Shown here: piece after piece, positions 37,262 through 46,742 of the stretch
How positions within the stretch are numbered: the stretch's first letter is position 1
Layout of the letters: each line of letters starts with the position of its first letter
NCBI GenBank assembly: GCA_943704425.1
Contig: CALSCP010000408.1
Span: forward strand, 53,973-117,972
Length of the DNA stretch: 64,000 nucleotides
DNA from: Ministeria vibrans ATCC 50519
Lineage: Eukaryota > Protista > Filasterea
Reading direction: 5' to 3'
Position numbers and translations under genes: made by a program
The notes under the pieces: generated by a model
Seen by the model: only the letters and a program-made list of their open reading frames with translations
What the model was told of the DNA's origin: nothing
The model's database searches: none

Positions 37262-39007
37262 ATGGCGAACATGCTCCTCTCCATCTTCTCGTTCCTCTCC
37301 TTGTACGACATCCACAAAAAGTGCTCTCGAAATAGTTTTTTGTGACGTCGCTGCTTGTTGGTCCTTCCGCCGCTCTCTCTGGCGCTCCTGCTGGCCTGCG
37401 CGCCCTCCCCCGCCCACCCTGTCTTAGGGCACCCATGTGCCTGCCTACCCTGCCCCTTGCCATACCCCACTCGTCTTCTAAATGGCTCTTTTCTATTTCA
37501 AAAAAAAACGTACACACAAAAAGGAAAGAAGGAAAAAAAAAAAGGACATTGGTCGTCTGTGGACGTCCAACGCACTGCACGGGGCACACGCATGGCCGGG
37601 GATGCTGTCGCGCACCCGCCGGAGACCCTGCGCACTTGCAGCGCGCCTGGGGATGCCGTGCATTCCCCAGAGACAGTTTGGTCTTTTTTAGTCGCTGTGT
37701 TTTTTTTTTTTTTTTTTTGGAAAAAGGGCTTTCCCTTCAGCTGATCGACGTGGATATGCGCTGCATTTGCTGCCACAGCGAACGCGACAGCGTGGGTGGT
37801 GTGCAGCAAAGCGCCGGAGCGTGTGGGAGCCGTTGCTGGCTCAATGTTTTGCGATGAATTTGAGGTTTTTTTTTAACTCACTCACTTTGGCTCATTGCAG
37901 CGTTGGATGGGGCGTGTTCCTTGCAGGGGTAAGAAGGGGATAAGAGAGAACGAATGCACGGGGCAACGGCTGACTTGTTTCCTTTGTGTGTGTGTAGTTC
38001 ATTCTTCAGGGCGACTCGGAGAACTACTACTTTGTGCCGCCAAGTACGGAAGCGAGAGAGAGACAAAGTGATAGAGTGATAGAGAGACAACGTGTAGAGA
38101 GAGACAAAGTGATAGAGTGATAGAGAGACAACGTGTAGAGAGAGACAAAGTGATAGAGTGATAGAGAGACAAAGTGAGAGACAAAGTGATAGAGAGACAG
38201 AGTGCGAGCGGTTGACTGACGATGATTGTTATGTTGGGTGTCTCTTGTTCCTTTTGACGACTCTCTTTGTGCTCTTCAGATGGTAAGCGCTGTGTAACTT
38301 GTTGACCTTTTGAATGACACTGACACACTGTACGCATTCTTAGGCTGTACTGGTTCGGGTTTGACAAACGTGAATTCATTTTCACGCACGTCACCTTTTT
38401 TCACAAGGCAAGCAGCAAAATGGATATGAAGATTTGTAATAATATTGATTGTGTTGTAGTGGATGGTTTTTGGCTGTTGGTGGTGGTATTGTGTCGATTC
38501 TGTTCTTCCTGTGGGGATGTTGCCAGAACAAGTAAGAGTGACGCAAAAAGATAAAAGAGAGGGAGAAGTGGAGGCTCAAACGTGTTTGTGATAGGGTCAC
38601 TGGATTCCTTCTGATCTTTGTGGGTGCACTGTCGATGATCTTCTGCGGGGCAGTGACGCAGATGACGGGCTGGGTGTTCTGGGTTATCTGCTACAGCCGT
38701 CTGTCGGGTACCACTCGTACTCAGTGCGCAAAGAACCTTCCTACTTGGATCTCTCTCGAGTTTGCCGGTAAATGAATTATTAATGTTGTTAAGTTTTATT
38801 ATTATTATTATTATTGATTGTACATTATTACTCTCACTCACTGTATTCCTCACTCGCTGCGTCTCATCTAATGATTGTTGTCTCACTCTCTTATTGTGTT
38901 CTGCTCACCACAATTTTTTTCTGTCCCCAGGTGCCTTCCTGTACCTTGTCTTCATGTCCTTCAACGTGGCGCTCATCTACCTTGCGGGTCTCAGTGACGA
39001 CGACTAA
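37262..39007 (+). CDS. Four-TM protein, paralogue A (~170 aa; exons 37262-37302, 37901-37928, 37998-38043, [38280-38282], 38344-38407, 38460-38531, 38595-38767, 38931-39007)
   Basis: Manual splicing gives MANMLLSIFSFLSFVGWGVFLAGFILQGDSENYYFVPP(NG)CTGSGL...SPFFTSGWFLAV...ILFFLWGCCQNK...QMTGWVFWVIC...PTWISLEFAGAFLYLVFMS...; it aligns end to end with paralogue B. Confidence 0.8.
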
Positions 39008-39060
39008 TTCCCTTCTGCACTTTTACTCTTCTTATTGTCCATTTTTTTAATTAAAGTCAA

Positions 39061-39469
39061 GATTTCCCCCATTGGCTACTCTCACATGCATTATAATTAG
39101 AATTATAATAATAAAAGAGGAGTGTAATATTATTAGGCTTTCTGGCCGGCATCGGCACCAGCCACGTACATGAAGCCAACGCAGAGGGACATGAAGGTGA
39201 CATAGACTGCAAACTCAAGCGCTATCGACATGTGGGCTGCGATGACAGACATTTTTCTAAATCTTTCCCTCGTTGGCTACCCTCACATGCATTATAACAA
39301 GAATCATTATAATAATAAGAAAATAAAAGAGTAGTGTAATATTATTAGGCTTTCTGGCCGGCATCGGCACCAGCCACGTACATGAAGCCAACGCAGAGGG
39401 ACATGAAGGTGACATAGAGAAAGGCACCTGCAAACTCAAGCGCAATCCATGTGGGCTGCGACGACAGAC
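39061..39469. repeat. Imperfect ~200-bp tandem duplication of the last-exon tail and 3' UTR of paralogue B
   Basis: ~39061-39256 repeats ~39263-39469; the left copy has a short deletion in the coding part. Confidence 0.85.
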
Positions 39470-40760
39470 ACTCGTTGCGCGTCTGTCCGGTCAGACGTGC
39501 CTGGCAAATGACATAGTACACCCATCTAACATGAGAGAGCGTGTGAGTGTGTGTGCTCCGTAGACCGTATGCTTCTTACCCGGTCGACTGGAGGACACCG
39601 CCGGCACACGCGAGAGAAAGAGCAACCGAGAACAACAGAAGGAAGGCCAACCAACGCTTAGGGCAGCTGTGCACACCATAGTCAGCATCGCCATCATCAG
39701 GCATATGGTTGTCTTCTTACCAGCCCCACACGAAGAACAGAATCGCAATGAAAGCACCCAGGCAGCCCAGAACCCACCAGCATGTGAAAAACGCTGAGGA
39801 AACACACAGCAGCCAAGTCAACAGCCATTCTGTGATTGCACTCTTCATTCATTCTTACGTGAGCGAGTGTCGTAGTGGTTCAAAGCGCTCAGACCTGTTC
39901 CGGTACACGAGCCGGGTGGAGGCCTACGGGAAGCATGACAATGAGATGGAGCACACCAAGCACATTCGACTTACATGTAGAAATCCTCATCTGCGTTGTC
40001 CTGCAGACCAAGACTAAAGGAGAAACATAAGAATTTAGTGCGAATGTATATTAAGAGAACAAAAAGTCTCGCTTACCCTGCAACAAAGACGGCCCAGGAC
40101 ACACTGAGGATTGAGGAGAGAGGGGCGAGAAGCACACGAAGGGTGAGTAATGAGAAACAACGGAGATGCGACGAGTGGTTTGTCGTCAAAAACAAACAGG
40201 TCAAAAAAAGATTTGTGACGTGGGAATTCGGCGAATCTGCAAAGAACGGCACGCAAACGGGCCTTGCGCGACGGCACGGGGCCCGCGCGATGCCGGCTGT
40301 GCGATAGGGCGCGCAACCCCAGTGCGACAAGAGCAGTTTGACAAACCGTTGACACAAATAAAAATACCAAAAAAAAAAAACTTGTCTCTAAAAAAGACTG
40401 TTTCTGCTCCCTACACAGACACAGTGGCCCGCAGCAGGGGAGCACGGAGCAACAAAAACACAAGAAGACTCCCCAGGGGGGTGTCGTGCACGCCAAACAC
40501 TCAGAGATTCCCAAAGAAGAAAAGAAACAGCCCAAAAAAGACAAAAAAAAGAAAAGAGGGAAAGGCTCGTCATACGCCACACACAGGCCACGAGGCAGTC
40601 TGCTTTCAGGTGGAAACGTCTCGTGTGGCGCCCTGGGGAGGGTGTGCCGCCACCGGAAGCGAGGGGGGGCGCAGGGAGAGCGGCGGAGGACGTTTCTTGT
40701 TTGGGAAGCGGCAGCTTACAAGGCAAGGGTCGAGAAGACGGTCACAAGCATGTTCGCCAT
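39345..40760 (-). CDS. Four-TM protein, paralogue B (~170 aa; exons 40760-40720, 40103-40077, 40013-39975, 39923-39859, 39793-39721, 39666-39580, 39525-39345)
   Basis: MANMLVTVFSTLAFVSWAVFVAGLGLQDNADEDFYMPPPGSCTGTGL...SPFFTCWWVLG...ILFFVWGCCPKR...QSTGWVYYVIC...PTWIALEFAGAFLYVTFMS...; all six introns are GTAAG...AG. Confidence 0.85.
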
Positions 40761-41247
40761 GGTGACAGATGTAGGTGGTGTGTGCACGAGAGAAGATCAA
40801 ACAAAGGGGAATATAAAAATATAGTAATAATGGTATAAACTTATCAGAATATCAGTTATCACTATAAATATTCAAATTTCGATCAAACATCAGAGGGCAC
40901 AAAGTGGGCACACACGACAATGGTTCGTATGGTTACGCATGGAAGTGCTTATCTTTGCTTCTAATACCAAAGGGTGTGATATTTAGAGAACGAAAGCGAT
41001 TTTGCAATGATTTTGCAGTGATTCACAACAAACAAAAGTTCATCTCTGAATGATTTTTGCGCTCTCTGCGTTTTTTGTCTCACACCATCACCAGGTTTTT
41101 ACTACTGCAATGTTAAAGTCTTGACACAGGAAGAGCCGGGAAGAAAGTACTCGATCAATTTCAGCTTTCAGACTGTGAAAATTGTATAGTGTACAGCTCG
41201 TCTCTCTCGCTCTCGCTCTCTCTCCTGTCTCCTCTGCATGCTTCTTT

Positions 41248-41830
41248 CTACTCGGGCCGCCTGTTCGGCGTGGGGGTGCCAGTGCCCCAGCCCAGCCAGG
41301 TGCCGGCGAGGGTCGCGCCCACGAGCATGAGACGGACCGTCGCACTGGGCGACTGCTTGGGCAGCGACGCAACCAGACCGGCTGCCGCACCGCCAAACAC
41401 GCCGCTCTGCCACGACGAGTGCCCATGCGTCCACTCGTTCGCCGCCAGAGCCTCGACGGTGCCAAAGGCAAGGCCCGTCGCCGCCCCCGCCAGGCCGTAC
41501 CGCCCCATCAAGTAGAAGCCCTCGTAGATGGAGCCCTGGATCGAGTTCATGCCGATCGACGAGGGCCGCGCTGCCATGCCCGCCTTCACACCCCCCACCA
41601 CAATGCCCATGAACCCAAGCTCCTTGGCCTACCAGCAGCGGCGACAGAACAGATCAGAGAAATCAAACGGTGCGCTCAATTCAGACGCGAGCGGGGCACG
41701 GCGAGGCACACAGTAGAGGAGCGCCCTCACTGTGCAGCAACAGAGGCAAACGGGAGGCGCACTTGGTGCGTCGTATGCGTTGTGCAGAGGACGAGACGAT
41801 TTTGCCTTTTTTTGACGTTTTCTGGTGGGT
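41248..41830 (-). CDS. Tim17/Tim22/NDUFA11-like membrane protein (5' exons uncertain)
   Basis: Gly-zipper TM segments: GRYGLAGAATGLAFGTVE, WQSGVFGGAAAGLVASL, LVGATLAG. Confidence 0.5.
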
Positions 41831-42144
41831 TGTGCAATGCGTTGCGAGACGGACGTTCACAGAAGGACAGCAGGAGGTGTCTTAAGTTGTTGATTGTGGA
41901 ACAGAAACAAGAAAACACGAGCGCGCAAAGGACGAGACGAGAAAAAAAAAAAGAAAATCAACATTTTAACGCTCTCTCTGGCACATCACATGCCACGACA
42001 GCGCCGGGGGGGGGGGGGGGGGGTTGAATGAGGTAGTCAGTAAGGTGTGCGAAGGAAAGATGACGGTAACTATTCGGTCTTGAACCAGTATGATCACTCA
42101 AGAAGACTGAAGATTCACAAATTCTCAGCGCTTGATTTGTGAAC

Positions 42145-42867
42145 ATGACAGACGTGAAGGACAAGCGTATTGCGATCGTGGGATTGCTCAAGATGGAGCA
42201 GGGCGCATGCGCGAAGCTGGTCGAGGCGGCTGGCGGCGTTGCTCAGGCGTCGTGCACGGAAACGACCGATATATGCGTCGCTGGCACGCTTGACGACAAG
42301 GAAGCCAAAGTGGTGGAGGCGGCGCGTGCCAGAGGGACACCGATTTGGACAGAGGACGAATTTGTTGCCGCGACAAGCAGCGACAACAAAGACACTCTCT
42401 ATCTGCAATACGACGCAGCCGAAGCAGTCCCCTTTGTGGAAGATGCGCTGGTGAACGCTGAAAGAACCTTTGGCGTCAAGCTCCCGGCCAGCTATGTGCG
42501 TGAGATGCGTGCGCACAACGGCGGCGACCCGACAACATGTCATTTTAGTGGGGATTTTCTGCCGCTCACATCGGTTTGGGGTGTACCCGAGATTGTCGAA
42601 CAGAACGACCCGCAGGGCAACTGGGTGGGCGAGTGGGAGTATCCGACGAGCAGCAGTGAGTACAAGCGAATTGTGTACTTTGCTGAGGATGAGTCGGCCG
42701 GTCACATTCTGCTGGGAATGGCTTGGAAGGAGCTTGACGACACCTGTGAGCCGCAGATTGTATCTGTTGATAGCGAGGCAGCCGGGGATGAGTGTGCTGC
42801 TCGTGTCATTGCCGAGTCGTTTGAGGCCTTCTTGAAAATGTTGCGAAAAGATTCGTATGATGAGTAA
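42145..42867 (+). CDS. Intronless BRCT + SMI1/KNR4 (SUKH) domain fusion protein
   Basis: KRIAIVG...LVEAAGG...TDICVAG...AARARGTPIWTEDEF (ligase-type BRCT); AERTFGVKLPASYVREMRAHNGG...SAGH...EPQIVSVDSE...IAESFEAFL (SUKH). Confidence 0.82.
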   Translation: MTDVKDKRIAIVGLLKMEQGACAKLVEAAGGVAQASCTETTDICVAGTLDDKEAKVVEAARARGTPIWTEDEFVAATSSDNKDTLYLQYDAAEAVPFVEDALVNAERTFGVKLPASYVREMRAHNGGDPTTCHFSGDFLPLTSVWGVPEIVEQNDPQGNWVGEWEYPTSSSEYKRIVYFAEDESAGHILLGMAWKELDDTCEPQIVSVDSEAAGDECAARVIAESFEAFLKMLRKDSYDE

Positions 42868-43367
42868 CAAGCAAGGGAGTAACAAGTAGCATTTTTGTTA
42901 TTATTATTGGCTATCGACTCGAATTGTGTTGTATTTCGCCATAACAGTCCTGAAGAACAAACGTATTGCAAATTATTTACAATCGCTCCAGATAGAGGTG
43001 AACTTCGATAACGAGAAAGCTAGGAGAGCATCACTTGTTTAATTTGAGACCAGCACAGCTTGGTTATCTGTCTTATTGATTGATCATGCTTCGTCGCACG
43101 CCCCGTGGTAACCTGGCGCCTGGCGGTCTCACTTGTGTTTTTTCAGACTGTCACTTGACTCACTTCCGTTGTGGTGACGGCATCGCAAATATGAACGAAA
43201 AAATTAGAAACAGAGCAAAAGCAAACAAAAAAAAATAATTATTATAATAATTATTATTGAATAAAATTTATTATAATAATAATAATAAAACTATTAATAA
43301 TAATACGAGGCATTTACCTCCTCGTGTGCTCGACCTAAGTATACGCTGATGCAAAAAAAAAACACAA

Positions 43368-43440
43368 TGAGGGCTAGGCGACTCGAACACCTGACCGTTC
43401 GCTCTGGAGGCGAACGCTCTACCAACTGAGCTAAGCCCCC
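43368..43440 (-). tRNA. tRNA-Trp (CCA)
   Basis: GGGGGCTTAGCTCAGTTGGTAGAGCGTTCGCCTCCAGAGCGAACGGTCAGGTGTTCGAGTCGCCTAGCCCTCA folds into a full cloverleaf with anticodon loop CT-CCA-GA; a downstream T-run fits a Pol III terminator. Confidence 0.95.
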
Positions 43441-43799
43441 GGTTCATTCAAAAATTCTTCCAATTGTGCTATTTAATGGTATTTTCAAATTTTAAACTCA
43501 AACAGCTGCTTATTCACTCTCACTTTGATGTTAAAGTAAATAAAAGAAGAGAAAGCTGTTTGTTATAAAGAGGACGGGGGTTTTCGCCGTCATAGGTTTT
43601 TTTTACTCATTTTAAGAATACAGTCTCATTATCAACTACGACAAATTGTCAGCGTCTGGCTATCTAGCCTTGGTCAGTGTACATGGCTGCTGCGCTAGGC
43701 TGCTTGTGGGCTGCTTGTCCTCACCAAGGTTGTAATTTCTAAATTTTCTATGAATAATCAATAATCAATTCTCACTTTTTTTCTTTTAATCTTTTTCGC

Positions 43800-44440
43800 A
43801 TGTCCCAAAAACAAGAACCACAGCCACAGCCATGTCGATCGGAAGACCTTGGCGGACTTGAACAAAAGAAACGCACGGCGGCCCCTCTACCAGCGCAAAG
43901 TGACGCCGACATCGACGAGATTCGCCGGCGACGACTTTGCGAACAAATTGTGTCGACACGAGAGCACCACGCCCTTCTCCAAGCCCAGCTGGCGCTCGTG
44001 GAGCAGCACAACGTAGCTTACGAAGAGACCCAACCGTGGCTTTGTCGAGACACCCGCGCAGCCAGAGTTGGCGACGTACGATACACAATATAGTTTCGTG
44101 TTTATCCTTTATCTCTTCAACTCATTTCCGCTTCTTCTTCTTCTTCTTCGACTCTTTTCCTATGTGTGTTTTAGTCGGCCAACCGTGCTCGTGCTGTGCA
44201 ATTGGTGCGCTCCATTGACGCCGGAGACATTTCCTATGAAGGTAAAGCTCTTTCTTTCGTTATGGTGTACTCTGACGCGATGTGTCTTTGTTCTTCTTCT
44301 CAGAGGCTGTGTCGATGCTTGAACGAGAAAGAGATGCAAACTTGACGTAGGAGCAAGATGGCTTGATCCTGAATTGTAGATGCGAGAGAAGCCAGGCGAG
44401 CACTTACTTTGCGCCCTCCGGTTCTCCAGCCGTTTTCTGA
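43800..44440 (+). CDS. Hypothetical small coiled-coil protein (multi-exon; 3' end uncertain)
   Basis: ORF from ATG 43800 splices in frame to exons at ~44175-44241 and ~44304-44346; no recognised motif. Confidence 0.35.
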
Positions 44441-44766
44441 CGACAGTGCAGGGCATCGGCTGGTTGTGATGTATCACGGTGTAGCCCTTGACCATGAGGC
44501 GAAATTCGATGCAAACGTTCGGGAAGAGCATTGAATTTCGCAAAAGTGCAAGGCTCTGCAGCAGACGAGCGAGTGTATATTAATAATTTATATAAAATTA
44601 AAGCACTGTAGCTGTGCTGTATATATCAACGCCAAAAAGTACAGTTCAACGCCGCGAGAGCAACACACAATTTCCGTTTCATATCTCGTCAACCGAAAGA
44701 AAATTCTCAGTCTCATTCATGTACACAAACAATACAAACACACAGGCACAGAGAGAGACGCTCACA

Positions 44767-45874
44767 CTACTTTGTCTTGCAGGTAAAACTGGTCGTCAGG
44801 GCCCAGCGTACACCTCGCGTGACCCTCCGCACGCGATGGGGATTCTCATGGCCACTCGTGAAAAAGGACAGACGCCCCGCTTGCGGCGCCACCACCAGCG
44901 ACGCCCCTTGGCCTTCATCAGACTCATCAAAAGCAAACTCTCCTCCGTCAAAGTCCCTCCCTTGTGCGTTCAGGTACAAGAGTGCAGTGTACGTGAACGA
45001 CGGGTACGTTACCGCGTCGATATGGTCGTGCCTTCGAGTACAAAAGCATTGTCAAACAAAACAAAAAGAAAGAAAAGACCGACCAATCGTACCAGTACTC
45101 ATCATTCATTGTCTTGGCCGGCTCGCTTGTCATGCGCGAGAAGAAGGCGGGCGTCGTGAACGAAAGATCCGTTGTCAGCGCAAATGCCTCAACAACCTTC
45201 TGCCGGATTCGCTCTCGCACCGCCCGGTACACAGTCAGCTCGGATTCCGGTAGTGCCTCCGAAATGTTTTTCACCACACGATAGAGATTGACAAAGCGAT
45301 CGCGATAGCTGAGCGCACCCGATTCAAGATCAAAAATCGACACACCGCCACTGCCACCGCCGTAAGCAAGCGCACGCTCCGCCAGGCGCACCAAACTCGC
45401 CGCCTCCGACGCACTCGTAAAGTTGTCCATCACATGGCGGCTGCACGCCACAGGCATGCATCCTACACGACGAGAGCGCGTTGACAGCAGACGAAGCATA
45501 TCCTCCTCCTCCCTCCCTCCCTCCCTCCCTCCCTCCCCATCTTTTCTTTTCGGGTGTATCTTTACCTGGAACAGCTGGCGTGTACGCACGGGGGTCGCAT
45601 TCGACGGGGAATGCGCGATTGGTCGGTGTTTGAGCGGCCAACACAACTGCGCTCACTGCGGCACTCTCGCTCGCTGCGTCCAGGTCAACATTCGACGTCT
45701 GCACGTAGGCCACAACGACAGCAGCAACAACCAAGAGAAATGAAACATACAGAAGTGTTTGCGAGGAGGTAGATGCGCTGTGGGAGTGCGCGGTCGACGT
45801 TTTGCCCTTCCTGACAAAGAAAGTGTCAAGAGTAAACCAGCCATGTTTAAAAAGACGTGCCTCTTTGCGCCCAT
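44767..45874 (-). CDS. OGFOD3: 2-oxoglutarate/Fe(II) oxygenase domain-containing protein 3 homologue (type II membrane anchor)
   Basis: GGGSGGVSIFDLESGALS; FFSRM...NDEYW|HDHIDAVTY...YTALLYL...FFTSGHENPHRV...RWALT (HxD...H...R); N-terminal TM segment. Confidence 0.88.
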
Positions 45875-46742
45875 GAGTGATCAGTAATGAGTGGTGAGTG
45901 ATGAGTAGACGAGAGGAAAGAGGGAAGAACAGAAATATTTTTTTGAAGAATGAAAAAAAAATCAAATCATCTGCGAACGTCTCTACAGAGTGGAAGGTGA
46001 TCATCCACATTCCACAATGACTAGTCACTCTCAAACAACAAGATAAGACCTAGGCTGTACGTAGACCGTTTGAACTGACTCTATTCGCCGTTTTCGACCA
46101 TATTAACGAGTCGATTTTTTCGTTGCAATTCCTTGCAACTCGTCCAATCTACATTCGTTTTAGTTTTCTGACTTCTCCCAAATTATTCACTCTATTTTCT
46201 CCTTTTTCACCAGTGAACCTGTGAGAGACTGAGAGTACTGAGTAGTAACGGATTGCGTTAAGACCCGACAGACATTGAAGCTCTAGACGCACTGAGCACG
46301 TAAGGCTTAATTTTGCCATCACGACTTTTTTTTCCCCGTAACTTTTTTGATGGGAGAGACCTCCACACCCCTTCGCCTCTACGTTTCTACCAATACATGG
46401 TGCATTGGTGTTATAATGTTATTGGGGGTTTCTCAGATTGTTTGTGGCTCTCTGTCAGCCTCATGTAACCGAATTTAGGTTATTGGGATGTTTTTGCCGT
46501 CCTTGCATATTTTTGCATTAATTTTTTCTCGTTTTTTATATATTGAGTTTATTGACTGGCTAGTGTTGGGGAAAGGCCCCTTAAATCTTAATCCTTATTC
46601 CTTAATCCTCTTCATTCGCTCATGTAGTATCTACATCAACCATTTTGTATTGCACATGCTTGCCCCACTAATTTTTATTATCTCTTCGAATAATTCTTTT
46701 ATTGTTCTTTTTACAGATTTTCCTGATTGTCTTTGCCTCCAA

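Noticed and set aside
43368-43440. tRNA-Trp as a UGA-readthrough or alternative-code tRNA
   Set aside because: The anticodon stem has the normal 5 bp, the long ORFs have no in-frame stops, and TGA terminates HIBADH and the DnaJ gene.
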